Part shown: positions 1 to 9,518 of the stretch, piece by piece
Numbering within the stretch: the first letter of the stretch is position 1
Layout of the letters: every line of letters begins with the position of its first letter
Assembly: GCA_910577935.1 (NCBI GenBank)
Contig: CAJTOT010000003.1
Location: 7,309-71,308, forward strand
Length of the DNA stretch: 64,000 nucleotides
Source: an uncultured Hungatella sp.
GTDB lineage: Bacteria > Bacillota > Clostridia > Lachnospirales > Lachnospiraceae
Reading direction: 5' to 3'
Notes under the pieces: generated by a model
Databases searched by the model: none
Seen by the model: only the letters and a program-made list of their open reading frames with translations
What the model was told of the DNA's origin: nothing
Position numbers and translations under genes: made by a program

Positions 1-547
1 CGCGGCCAACGTCATCATCATGAGGGTGGACGGTTTTGCCATGATGCCTAATTTCTCCTTCGGCACCGCCATGACCACCTATGCCGGTCAGAACGTGGGC
101 GCCAGGAAACTGGATCGGGTGAAGGAGGGGGCAAGGCAGGGAACGTTTATCGCTGCGGGAACCTCCGCCGTCATCACGGCTCTGATTCTTCTCTTCGGCA
201 GGAATCTCATGGCCATCTTCACCAACACCTCGGAGCTGGTGATTCTCAGCGCCGACATGATGTCCATCCTGGCGGCGGGCTACATCGCCATGGCAGTGAC
301 CCAGAGCCTGTCGGGAGTCATGAGAGGGGCGGGGGACACGGTGACTCCCATGTGGATCTCCATGGTCACTACCGTGGCTATCCGGGTGCCTCTTGCCTAC
401 GGCATCGCCTGGGCCACCAGAACTCCTGAGCTTCCCCAGGGGCGGTATCAGTGCATCTGGATCTCCCTGTTGATCTCCTGGGTGCTGGGAGCGGCGCTCA
501 CCGTCTTCTGCTACCGCCTGGGAAAATGGAAGAAGAAAATTCTGTAG
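1..547 (+). CDS. MATE family efflux transporter, C-terminal part (truncated by window edge)
   Basis: Hydrophobic helices with MATE-type segments GQNVGA and GVMRGAGDT; frame open from window start. Confidence 0.85.
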   Translation, partial: AANVIIMRVDGFAMMPNFSFGTAMTTYAGQNVGARKLDRVKEGARQGTFIAAGTSAVITALILLFGRNLMAIFTNTSELVILSADMMSILAAGYIAMAVTQSLSGVMRGAGDTVTPMWISMVTTVAIRVPLAYGIAWATRTPELPQGRYQCIWISLLISWVLGAALTVFCYRLGKWKKKIL

Positions 548-613
548 GCGGCGGGCCTGGGGCCGGAATCAGCCGTCCTCCAGGCAGATGTTCCGCCGCG
601 CCGCCGTTCCGGC

Positions 614-1486
614 TTAGTAGGAGATCACTTCGCACCCGTCCTCAGTCACCAGCACCTGGATCTCCCACTGGGCGGAGGGTTTTCCGTCTTCGGTGTACAC
701 GGTCCAGTTGTCATCTTCGTCCACATACACCTCCTCGGTGCCCATGTTGATCATGGGTTCGATGGTGAACATCATGCCGGGGGCCAGGATCATCTCCGTG
801 CCCCTGGGCGCCACATAGCTGACCCACGGCTCCTCGTGGAATTCCAGGCCCACCCCGTGCCCGCCGATATCCCTGACCACCCGGTATCCGTGGGCTCTGG
901 CATGGTCGTTGACCGCCTGGGACATATCTCCCATGAATGCCCAGGGCTTTACCTCCTTAAGCCCCAGTTCCATACATTCTTTTGTCACCTCCACCAGCTT
1001 TTTCTTTTCCGGAGACACGTCTCCGATGCAGAACATGCGGGAAGAATCGGAGTAATACCCGTTTAAATTAGTAGAGCAGTCCACATTGACAATGTCCCCA
1101 TCCTTTAAGACCACGTCGGGGGAGGGGATGCCGTGGCAGACGACTTCGTTGATGGAGGTGCACACGCTTTTGGGAAAGCCCTCGTAGTGCAGGGGAGCGG
1201 GGACGGCATGATGCCGGGCTGTCTGCCGGCAGACCCACTGGTCGATCTCCTCCGTGGTGACTCCGGCCCTGATGTGCTCTGCCACATAGTCCAGGACGGC
1301 GATGTTGACCTTGGCGCTTTCCCGGATAGCCTCAATCTGGGAGGGGGTTTTGATCATGTTCCGCGCGGGAATTATGCAGCCCTGCAGGCGGCAGCGGGCC
1401 AGCTTCTGGTCGAAATCATAGTGACATTTTTTGTACTTGACCCCGCTGCCGCACCAGCAGGGATTGTTGCGGTTGAGAAAATGCAT
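614..1486 (-). CDS. map: Methionyl aminopeptidase (type I) with N-terminal SEC-C zinc motif
   Basis: RNNPCWCGSGVKYKKCH (SEC-C); FPKSVCTSINEVVCHGIP, DSSRMF, GHGVG.FHEEP, FTIEPMIN, SAQWE. Start set at ATG 1486 behind AGGAG; the longer ORF-track start is probably spurious. Confidence 0.93.
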   Translation of the reverse strand: MHFLNRNNPCWCGSGVKYKKCHYDFDQKLARCRLQGCIIPARNMIKTPSQIEAIRESAKVNIAVLDYVAEHIRAGVTTEEIDQWVCRQTARHHAVPAPLHYEGFPKSVCTSINEVVCHGIPSPDVVLKDGDIVNVDCSTNLNGYYSDSSRMFCIGDVSPEKKKLVEVTKECMELGLKEVKPWAFMGDMSQAVNDHARAHGYRVVRDIGGHGVGLEFHEEPWVSYVAPRGTEMILAPGMMFTIEPMINMGTEEVYVDEDDNWTVYTEDGKPSAQWEIQVLVTEDGCEVISY

Positions 1487-1573
1487 GAGAATCGGCTCCT
1501 TGTCTGACAGGGTTATCTTTTTGACCCTGGCATGATAACATTTTATTAGGTAAATACTGACTTTGTGGGCCTG

Positions 1574-1727
1574 GCCGTTGGGACAGGGCGCCCTCCTGTC
1601 CGCCTGTATCGGACAAAAGCCGGGAATGTCCACCCTGTGGGGAATCTGACATGGAATCCGGCGTGGCTGCCTCACAAGCGGGTTTGACGCCCGGATTTCA
1701 TGCCGGATTCCCCGCCCTGCCAACGGC
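1574..1727. repeat. Structured intergenic element, copy A (homologous to 55186-55310)
   Basis: Nested inverted repeats; the reverse complement of 1699-1717 is identical over 19 nt to 55186-55204 and similarity continues for ~120 nt. Confidence 0.8.
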
Positions 1728-1771
1728 TGCCTGTATTAAGTATAGCACAAGAGGGGCAGATTGAAAAAGTC

Positions 1772-1800
1772 TTGCATTTTTCAATAAGAAAACTTATAAT
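1772..1800 (+). promoter_or_regulatory. Putative sigma-A promoter of relA
   Basis: TTGCAT-17 nt-TATAAT. Confidence 0.7.
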
Positions 1801-1834
1801 GGTCTAATAATTACGCACGTAAGAAGGTGATTTC

Positions 1835-4114
1835 ATGGCGCAAGAACATTTTGAGGAAAGGCTGGAACAGGAACTGGAAGCCCCGGCTTCTTTTACCAGT
1901 CCAGAAGTTTTATATGAAGATCTGGTTCGCAGCATCCGCAAATATCATCCATCTGATGACATCTCTATGGTGGAGAAGGCGTATAAGATTGCCAGAGATG
2001 CCCATAAGGACCAGAAGAGAAAATCGGGTGAGCCCTACATCATTCACCCCCTTTGCGTTGCCATTATCCTGGCAGATCTGGAGTTGGATAAAGAGAGCAT
2101 CATTGCCGGCATTCTCCACGACGTGGTGGAAGACACGGTGATGACGCTGGATGAGATCACAAAAGATTTCGGGCCGGAGGTGGCCCTCCTGGTGGACGGC
2201 GTCACCAAGCTGACCCAGCTGTCGTGGTCCATGGACAAGGTGGAGATTCAGGCGGAGAACTTGAGGAAGATGTTTCTGGCTATGGCCAAGGATATACGGG
2301 TGATCCTTATCAAGCTGGCGGACCGGCTTCACAACATGCGGACTCTGCAGTTTATGAGGCCGGAGAAGCAGAGGGAGAAGGCGAGGGAGACCATGGATAT
2401 CTATGCCCCCATCGCCCACAGGCTGGGTATCTCCAAGATTAAAGTGGAGCTGGACGACCTGTCCTTAAAGTATCTGAAGCCGGAAGTCTACAGTGACCTG
2501 GAGGAGAAGATCGCCTTCAGCAAGGAGGCAAGGCGGGACTTTGTCAACGGCATTGTGGCGGAAGTGAAGAATCACATGGAGGAGGGCGGAATCCAGGCCG
2601 CAGTGGACGGCAGGGTGAAGCATTTCTTCAGTATTTATAAAAAGATGGTGAAGCAGGATAAGACGCTGGAGCAGATCTATGACGTGTTTGCCGTGCGCAT
2701 CATCGTGGAGTCGGTGAAGGACTGTTACGGGGCCCTGGGAGTGATCCACGAGCTGTACAAACCGATTCCGGGCAGGTTTAAGGATTACATCGCCATGCCC
2801 AAGCCCAACATGTACCAGTCCCTGCACACCACCCTCATAGGCAGCAACGGACAGCCTTTTGAGATTCAGATCCGCACCTACGAGATGCACCGCACCGCGG
2901 AGTACGGAATCGCGGCCCACTGGAAGTACAAGGAGAGCGGCAGCGGGCAGGTGGCGGCGGGGGACGAGGAGGCGAAGCTTTCCTGGCTGCGCCAGATTCT
3001 GGAGTGGCAGAGGGACATGTCGGACAACAAGGAATTTTTAAACCTCATCAAAAGCGATTTAGACCTGTTTTCCGACAGCGTGTACTGCTTTACCCCCACA
3101 GGAGATGTGAAGGCCCTTCCCAGCGGCTCCACGCCCATCGATTTCGCCTACGCCATCCACAGCGCCGTGGGCAACAAGATGGTGGGAGCCAGAGTCAACG
3201 GGAAGCTGGTGAACATTGATTACGTGATACAGAACGGCGACCGCATCGAGGTCATCACCTCCCAGAATTCCAAGGGGCCCAGCAGGGACTGGCTGAAGCT
3301 GGTGAAGAGCACTCAGGCGAAAAACAAGATCAACCAGTGGTTTAAGACAGAACTCAAGGAGGACAATATTCTCCGGGGCAAGGACATGATCGACCGGTAC
3401 TGCAAGGCCAAGGGAATCAACTATTCCGATTTGAACAAGCCGGAATACATGGAGAAGGTCTTAAAGCGGTATGCCTTTAAGGACTGGGATTCGGTTCTGG
3501 CTTCCATAGGCCACGGCGGCCTGAAGGAAGGCCAGGTCATCAACAAGATGGTGGAGGCCAGGGAGAAGAAGTTAAAGAACGAGGTGACTGACGCCAACAT
3601 CCTGGACGGCATCGGGGAGATGACCAGCAAGGTTCCCGCCGCCAAAAAGTCAAAGAGCGGGATTGTGGTCAGGGGAATCCACGACGTGGCAGTCCGCTTT
3701 TCCCGGTGCTGCAGCCCGGTGCCGGGCGATGAGATCGTGGGGTTTGTCACCAGGGGAAGAGGCGTGTCCATCCACCGCACGGACTGCATCAATGTCATCA
3801 ACCTTCCCGAGGAGGAGCGGGTCCGCCTGATCGACGCGGAGTGGCAGCAGCCGGAGGGAGCGGAGAACAGGGAGCGGTACTCTACGGAGATTCAGATATA
3901 CGCCAACAACCGGATCGGGATGTTTGTGGATATCTCCAAGGTCTTTACGGAGCGCCAGATCGACATCACGTCCATGAACGTGCGCACCAGCAAGCAGGGC
4001 AAGGCCACCATCATCATGACCTTCGACATCCACGGCAAAGAAGAGCTGACAAAGGTGACAGACAAATTAAGACAGATAGAAGGCGTGTTGGATATAGAGA
4101 GAACAGCAGGGTAA
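1835..4114 (+). CDS. relA: Bifunctional (p)ppGpp synthetase/hydrolase Rel
   Basis: HD hydrolase (GEPYIIHP, LHDVVED), synthetase (YQSLHT, EIQIRT), TGS (TPIDFAYAIHSAVG), CC and ACT domains. Confidence 0.97.
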   Translation: MAQEHFEERLEQELEAPASFTSPEVLYEDLVRSIRKYHPSDDISMVEKAYKIARDAHKDQKRKSGEPYIIHPLCVAIILADLELDKESIIAGILHDVVEDTVMTLDEITKDFGPEVALLVDGVTKLTQLSWSMDKVEIQAENLRKMFLAMAKDIRVILIKLADRLHNMRTLQFMRPEKQREKARETMDIYAPIAHRLGISKIKVELDDLSLKYLKPEVYSDLEEKIAFSKEARRDFVNGIVAEVKNHMEEGGIQAAVDGRVKHFFSIYKKMVKQDKTLEQIYDVFAVRIIVESVKDCYGALGVIHELYKPIPGRFKDYIAMPKPNMYQSLHTTLIGSNGQPFEIQIRTYEMHRTAEYGIAAHWKYKESGSGQVAAGDEEAKLSWLRQILEWQRDMSDNKEFLNLIKSDLDLFSDSVYCFTPTGDVKALPSGSTPIDFAYAIHSAVGNKMVGARVNGKLVNIDYVIQNGDRIEVITSQNSKGPSRDWLKLVKSTQAKNKINQWFKTELKEDNILRGKDMIDRYCKAKGINYSDLNKPEYMEKVLKRYAFKDWDSVLASIGHGGLKEGQVINKMVEAREKKLKNEVTDANILDGIGEMTSKVPAAKKSKSGIVVRGIHDVAVRFSRCCSPVPGDEIVGFVTRGRGVSIHRTDCINVINLPEEERVRLIDAEWQQPEGAENRERYSTEIQIYANNRIGMFVDISKVFTERQIDITSMNVRTSKQGKATIIMTFDIHGKEELTKVTDKLRQIEGVLDIERTAG

Positions 4115-4334
4115 TCAGGCCTGCTTTCTCTCTTTTTATGAAAGCCCCGGCGGCTGCCGGGAAATGGGGGCTGTTTTCCCTCCGGCCAGGCAAAGTCCTG
4201 GGACTGCCGGGGAGGCGGGTGAGCAGTAGAGGCGGCATTTTTTCACAGAGAGAAAGGCAGAGTCCCGGAGAGTCTGGGAATCGGGAATATGGATATAGAA
4301 CGTGGATACAGAGCGTCAGAAAGGAGCAGGCGGC

Positions 4335-5000
4335 ATGAGGGATTTCAGGATCGAGAAATGTGTGCTGGGGATGGTCAGCACCAACTGTTATATCGTGTAC
4401 AGGAAAGCAGAGGAGGAAAATGGGAAGGAGGGCCTGAGGCCCGGGGTCATCGTCGACCCCGGCGATAACGCCACGTTTATTCTCAACCGGTGCCGGGAGC
4501 TGAGGGTCCGGCCGGAAGCCGTCCTGCTGACCCACGGACATTTTGACCACATACTGGCGGCGGAGGATATCCGGCGGGCGTTCCATATCCCCATTATGGC
4601 AGGCGAGGATGAGATGGGGCTTTTGGAAGAGCCGGATTTGAACCTGACAAGCTCTTACGGCGGCGACATATCCCTGACAGCGGACAGATGGCTCAGGGAC
4701 GGCCAGGTTCTGGAGCTGATTGGGCGCAGGTGGAGGGTGCTTCACACTCCGGGGCACACGGCGGGATGCGTGTGCTTCTATGTGGAGGAGGAGGGCGCGC
4801 TGTTCAGCGGAGACACCTTGTTTTACCAGTCGGTGGGGAGAACCGACCTTCCCACGGCCAGTTCTGTGGATATCATCGATTCTGTTGTGGGCAAATTGTT
4901 TGTGCTTCCGGAGGACACCAGGGTGTATCCGGGACACGACAGCGACACCACCATCGGCCACGAGAAAAAATATAATGTAATATGCCGTCACAGGCGATAG
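4335..5000 (+). CDS. MBL-fold metallo-hydrolase (glyoxalase II-like)
   Basis: THGHFDH, HTPGHT, FSGDTLF, YPGH; ATG 4335 behind AAGGAG. Confidence 0.9.
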   Translation: MRDFRIEKCVLGMVSTNCYIVYRKAEEENGKEGLRPGVIVDPGDNATFILNRCRELRVRPEAVLLTHGHFDHILAAEDIRRAFHIPIMAGEDEMGLLEEPDLNLTSSYGGDISLTADRWLRDGQVLELIGRRWRVLHTPGHTAGCVCFYVEEEGALFSGDTLFYQSVGRTDLPTASSVDIIDSVVGKLFVLPEDTRVYPGHDSDTTIGHEKKYNVICRHRR

Positions 5001-5008
5001 GGACAATC

Positions 5009-6517
5009 ATGATAGAGATTTTGTTAAATGACAGAGCGTACGAGCAGGATATCCGGGAGCTTTTGATGGCGTTTTATCCGGGTGAAACGTTTGTCTATGA
5101 GCCAGAGAAAGGGGCGGCGTTCTCCGTGGAGGGGCTGGTGGACAGACAGAGAAAGGAATTTTCCCTGAAGATCATCAGCCAGGACCGTCAGGAGTGGGCG
5201 GAATTTCCGGCGGACGCCGGGGAGGAGCTGGAGAAAGAGCTGGAAGAGGAGCTGTCCCGCATCCAGGAGCCTATAGCCGTGGATTACGGCAACCGGGCCC
5301 AGACCAAGAGCCGGATCAAGAGGCGGCTCTATGTGCTCCTGGTTCTCCGGACAGGGCGTCTGCTTCCCTGGGGGACCCTCACGGGGATTCGCCCCACCAA
5401 GATCGTTATGACCAAGCTTGATGAAGGGCTGTCCGAGGCGGAGACGGCCAGGTACATGAAAAAGACATACTACACCAGCGACGAGAAGATCCGCCTGGCG
5501 TTGAAAACCGCCGTCCATGAGAGGGAGCTTTTGAAACCTATGGACCGTGACAGAGGTTACAGCCTGTACATCGGCATCCCTTTCTGTCCCACCACCTGCC
5601 TGTACTGCTCTTTTACCTCCTACCCCATCGGCAGCTGGAAAGACCGCACAGGACTTTACCTGGAGGCTCTGTTCGCCGAGATGAGGGCGGCGGCGGGGAT
5701 GATGAGAGGGAGAACCTTGGACAGCGTGTACATAGGCGGCGGAACCCCCACCTCCCTGACGGCTCAGGATCTTGACAGGCTGCTGTCGGCCCTTGAAGAC
5801 ATTTTCCAGGTGAGCAGGGCAAGAGAGCTGACGGTGGAGGCAGGGAGGCCGGACAGCATCACCAGGGAGAAGCTTGAGGCGCTTATCAACCATCATGTGA
5901 CCAGAATCTCCATCAACCCTCAGACCATGCAGCAGAGAACCCTGGATTTGATCGGGCGGCGCCACACCACGGACAGGGTGAAAGAGTGCTTTCACATGGC
6001 AAGAGACATGGGATTTGACAATATCAACATGGACCTGATCGTGGGGCTGCCGGAGGAGGGGCTGGAAGACGTGAGGGACACTATGGAGCAGATACGCTTT
6101 CTGGACCCGGACAGCGTCACCGTCCATTCCCTGGCCATCAAGCGGGCCGCCAGACTGAACACCATGAAAGAAGTGTACAAGGACTTAAAGATCGTGGGAA
6201 CCCAGGAGATGATCGACTTGACAGCCCGGTACGCGGCGGCTATGGGCATGGAGCCCTACTACCTATACAGGCAGAAAAATATGGCGGGGAATTTTGAGAA
6301 CGTGGGCTACGCCAGGGAGGGGAAGGCATGCCTGTACAACGTGGCGATCATGGAGGAACAGCAGACGATTGTGGCCTGCGGTGCAGGAACCACCACCAAG
6401 GCGCTGTACCGGGCCGAGAACCGGATTGAGCGGGCGGAGAACGTGAAAGACGTTTCCCAGTATATTGAAAGAATCGGGGAAATGATAGAGAGAAAGCGTG
6501 TGTTATTGGAGGATTAA
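5009..6517 (+). CDS. hemZ: Radical SAM protein HemZ (coproporphyrinogen dehydrogenase-like)
   Basis: LPWGTLTGIRPTK, CPTTCLYC (CxxxCxxC), GGGTPT, EAGRPDSIT, PYYLYRQKNM; usual relA-MBL-hemZ order. Confidence 0.9.
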   Translation: MIEILLNDRAYEQDIRELLMAFYPGETFVYEPEKGAAFSVEGLVDRQRKEFSLKIISQDRQEWAEFPADAGEELEKELEEELSRIQEPIAVDYGNRAQTKSRIKRRLYVLLVLRTGRLLPWGTLTGIRPTKIVMTKLDEGLSEAETARYMKKTYYTSDEKIRLALKTAVHERELLKPMDRDRGYSLYIGIPFCPTTCLYCSFTSYPIGSWKDRTGLYLEALFAEMRAAAGMMRGRTLDSVYIGGGTPTSLTAQDLDRLLSALEDIFQVSRARELTVEAGRPDSITREKLEALINHHVTRISINPQTMQQRTLDLIGRRHTTDRVKECFHMARDMGFDNINMDLIVGLPEEGLEDVRDTMEQIRFLDPDSVTVHSLAIKRAARLNTMKEVYKDLKIVGTQEMIDLTARYAAAMGMEPYYLYRQKNMAGNFENVGYAREGKACLYNVAIMEEQQTIVACGAGTTTKALYRAENRIERAENVKDVSQYIERIGEMIERKRVLLED

Positions 6518-6561
6518 CAAAGTTCAAGCCTGCTGAGCAGTTTGACATGATTGGGATGTGA

Positions 6562-7002
6562 CTATTCTATGATTTTTTCGCCTATATCAGACAGCATCTC
6601 GTTGATGCGCATGAGCCCCAGATGATTCTCGATCCCGTAGATGATCACAGCGTCGCGTGAAGAGGGGGAGTAGAGAATCCCTGTCCTGGCGCACTCTAAA
6701 AGACGTCGGATTTCTTTCACGGAAAAGCCGGCGGAGATGCCCAGAGCCAGAATCTTGTCGCGGCCGGGAGCTCTGGAGCCGTTTAAAATCTGGTATCCGT
6801 AGGTGCGGTCCAAATTGGAGCCGTGGATCACCTCTGCTTTGGAGAGCTGATGCTGTTCTAAAAGTGTCTGGAAAGTCTGGGAAAAGGAAAACTTGGAGTC
6901 AGGCACCGTGTGCTGTTCAAGGTAATCATTCAGGCCTTTTGGGGAGCGGGTTCCCAGCAGAAGGTTCTGAAGTTCTCCGGTGGAGGGAAGTTCGGCTGAC
7001 AT
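6562..7002 (-). CDS. XRE-like helix-turn-helix protein
   Basis: LSKAEVIHGSNLDRTYGYQILNGSRAPGRDKIL resembles an XRE HTH of a common clostridial family. Confidence 0.7.
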   Translation of the reverse strand: MSAELPSTGELQNLLLGTRSPKGLNDYLEQHTVPDSKFSFSQTFQTLLEQHQLSKAEVIHGSNLDRTYGYQILNGSRAPGRDKILALGISAGFSVKEIRRLLECARTGILYSPSSRDAVIIYGIENHLGLMRINEMLSDIGEKIIE

Positions 7003-7013
7003 GACTTAAGTCT

Positions 7014-7028
7014 CTTTTTCTGAAAATT
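7014..7028 (-). promoter_or_regulatory. Possible CodY-like box over the translation-initiation region of the XRE gene
   Basis: AATTTTCAGAAAAAG on the minus strand, 13/15 to AATTTTCWGAAAATT. Confidence 0.3.
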
Positions 7029-7119
7029 TGCTTCCGGATAATGTCAAATAGAATTCACAGGAGGCGGAATATAAAGTGCTTGAAGATTATGTGGAGATTG
7101 CCCGGCTGGGAAAAGAACA

Positions 7120-7552
7120 TAACATCTCCCTGCGGTCTTTTCAGTGTTCTGTTTCCATGGAATCCAGCCGTTCCATGACTTCCACCAGCTGGTTATAAAC
7201 GCTTTTTGTATAATTGCCGCCCACGCAGAATCCCTCCCTCCTGTGCTTTCTTATAGCCAGTATACCAGAAATATCTGAAAAATGCCAATCCCGCCGCAAC
7301 ACACTTCCGTCATTTTGACTGTGGAAAGAGAGCATTCAGAAAGAGAAAATGTGGACAGAACAGACTGGAGAGAGGAATAAAACACGGAATCCAGAACAAA
7401 ACATGGATATTTATCCCGTTTTAGGGGCTGGCTATCCACAATGCCCGGGGACCATGCTGGTTCTGGGCTGGTTATCCACAACGAAGACAGATATAAACCC
7501 CAAAAATTCAGCATGTTTTTTTGGGGGTGTCTGAACTGTTACGAACTGTTAC
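7120..7552 (-). mobile_element. IS66-family (ISBst12-like) left-end remnant with truncated transposase start
   Basis: Terminal GTAACAGTTCAG (IS66 ends begin GTAA); RBS AGGAGG then VGGNYTKSVYNQLVEVMERLDSMETEH*KDRRE, resembling clostridial IS66 transposase N-termini as I recall them; in-frame TGA, remainder missing. Confidence 0.6.
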
Positions 7553-7581
7553 AAAAAAAGTAAAAAAATTGAAAAAAAGGG

Positions 7582-7610
7582 TTGACGTATTCCGGGACAT
7601 GTGGTAATAT
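7582..7610 (+). promoter_or_regulatory. Putative sigma-A promoter of tRNA-Gln
   Basis: TTGACG-17 nt-TAATAT with extended TG and an A-rich UP-like tract. Confidence 0.7.
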
Positions 7611-7649
7611 ATATATCGTCGCTGAGATAACAGAGCGGCGAGATAAAAT

Positions 7650-7721
7650 TGGGCTATCGCCAAATGGTAAGGCAACGGACTCTGACTCCGTCATTTCAAG
7701 GTTCGAATCCTTGTAGCCCAG
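7650..7721 (+). tRNA. tRNA-Gln (anticodon CTG)
   Basis: Acceptor TGGGCTA/TAGCCCA, anticodon arm ACGGA-CTCTGAC-TCCGT, T-loop GGTTCGAATCC; CCA not encoded. Confidence 0.95.
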
Positions 7722-7729
7722 TGCAGAAG

Positions 7730-7775
7730 AAGAGCGTCAAATCCTGATTTTATCGGGTTTTGAGGCTCTTTTTTT
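7730..7775 (+). terminator. Intrinsic terminator after tRNA-Gln
   Basis: AAGAGC...GCTCTT hairpin followed by a T-run. Confidence 0.7.
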
Positions 7776-7976
7776 AACCCACAAAATAAATGGTAAAAAT
7801 AGAAAAGAACAAGTGTAACTCAATCGAATGGTAAGCCGTGGCGCCTGCCCGTCTCGTAGATTGCAAGTAGTCCAAGTGTAACGATATTCTTGTTGCATAA
7901 TATTATTTGTAGCGTTAAAATTTAATAAGTTAATTATATATTTCTCATATCTAGCTACAGATATTACAGGAAACGC

Positions 7977-8555
7977 ATGGAGAATGGAATGGGGGTTGGC
8001 GGAGTTAGTGATGGCGCTGTGCCGGGCAAAAAAGAGGGCACAGTCACTATCGCCGCCTCTCTGGAGGATAAGGAGGCAGTCTGCAGGGTGACTGTCAAAA
8101 AGGCAGTTGAGAGTATCAGCCTGGATAACACCCGGCTGGATATGAATGCGGGAAAAACGTATCAGTTAAAAGCAGGCAGCGGCGGACCTGCAGGAGGCAA
8201 TATCGGCCAGTCGGCTTCTCTTCCGGACGATGTGGTCAGCGGAACTTGGACTGAGGCCAACGGAACGTGGCAGTTTGCAGACGCGTCCGGCCAGCTCTAC
8301 AGGAACAGATGGGCGGCAGTGAGTAACCCGTATGCCAATACTGCCGCGGGTCAGTCCGCTTTTGACTGGTTTTTCTTCGATGCCGCCGGCAATATGCTGA
8401 CGGGCTGGTATCTGAATACTGACGGGAATTATTATTACCTCAATCCCGCCTCTGACGGGACGAGAGGAAGGAGGCTGAGAGACACTGTAGTTGAAGGCTA
8501 TACTCTCAACGCAGAGGGACAGTAGGTGGTAAACGGAGTAGTGTCCATAATGTAA
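7977..8555 (+). pseudogene. Decayed surface protein (Ig-like Big_2 fragment plus cell-wall-binding repeats)
   Basis: GTVTIAAS..VTVKKAVESISLD fragment joined to W-rich cell-wall repeats (WFFFDAAGNMLTGW, YYYLNPASDG); TAG at 8523 in GQ*VVNGVV where Trp is expected; no signal peptide. Confidence 0.6.
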
Positions 8556-8574
8556 GAACGAAATTCTTTTTAAA

Positions 8575-8622
8575 GAGGCTGTTGTAAAATCCGGCACAGG
8601 CCGGCTGTTTTACAGCAGCCTC
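8575..8622. repeat. 15-bp-arm inverted repeat (terminator or MITE-like scar)
   Basis: GAGGCTGTTGTAAAA ... TTTTACAGCAGCCTC (14/15 Watson-Crick, one G-T). Confidence 0.65.
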
Positions 8623-8798
8623 CGGTTTTATACGTAACGGGCATATGCCGCTGCGTTTCCGGGACACTGTGAACAGCAGCCGCAGACGGGGGCGGCGCGG
8701 AAGTTTTCAGGCGCGGAAGTTTTCCCAAACAGCTATGGACAATCGGGATAAAATACTATATAATGGTACTGATTTTGGTTTGAGAGGGAGCAGGAGAA

Positions 8799-9518
8799 AT
8801 GTATCAGTTTGAAAGCAGAGTGCGGTACAGCGAGACCGATGAGCAGGGGCAGCTGTCCCTGACCGGCATTCTGAATTATTTTCAGGACTGTTCCACTTTC
8901 CAGTCAGAAGACCTGGGGATGGGGATACAGTATCTGAAAGATCAAGACCGGGCGTGGTGGCTGACTTCCTGGCAGATTGTCATTGACAGATATCCGGCGC
9001 TGGGGGAGAAGATCCGGGTCAGCACATGGCCTTATGATTTTAAGGGGATCTACGGATACCGCAATTTCGCCATCTCGGACGGAAAGGGAGAGTATGTGGC
9101 CAGGGCCAATTCCCTGTGGTTTTTCTATGATACCAGAAATCAGAAGCCGGCCAGGATACAGGAGGCGGATATCAGGGGCTACGGCGGGCCGGAGCCCAGG
9201 TTAGTCATGGATTACGCGCCCAGGAAGATATGCCTTCCAAAAGAGTACGAAGAGAAGGATACATTTTTGGTGGCAAGGCACCACCTTGACACGAATCATC
9301 ATGTGAACAATGCCCGGTATGTGGAGATGGCAAGAGAACTTCTGCCTGAGGATTTTCGTGTGAAAGAACTTCGGGTGGAGTATAAAAAGGCCGCGGTTCT
9401 GGGAGACTATATAACGCCCAGGGTCAGCAGGATTCAGCAGGGATATGTGACGGCCCTGTGTGATCCCCAGGGCGGCCCCCATGCGGTTGTTTGGCTGCGG
9501 AGTGAGGAAAAACAATGA
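8799..9518 (+). CDS. Acyl-ACP thioesterase
   Basis: RVRYSETD, double hot-dog layout, LDTNHHVNNARY. Confidence 0.88.
   Translation: MYQFESRVRYSETDEQGQLSLTGILNYFQDCSTFQSEDLGMGIQYLKDQDRAWWLTSWQIVIDRYPALGEKIRVSTWPYDFKGIYGYRNFAISDGKGEYVARANSLWFFYDTRNQKPARIQEADIRGYGGPEPRLVMDYAPRKICLPKEYEEKDTFLVARHHLDTNHHVNNARYVEMARELLPEDFRVKELRVEYKKAAVLGDYITPRVSRIQQGYVTALCDPQGGPHAVVWLRSEEKQ

Noticed and set aside
614..1486. SEC-C/Map fusion as a novelty
   Set aside because: To my knowledge this fusion is common in gut Clostridia and Bacteroidetes.
1487..1723. 79-aa N-terminal extension of Map in the ORF track
   Set aside because: It runs through the structured repeat; the credible RBS and ATG are at 1486.
4115..4334. 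Remnant of dtd between relA and the MBL hydrolase
   Set aside because: No Dtd motifs seen; region holds a terminator-like hairpin and spacer.
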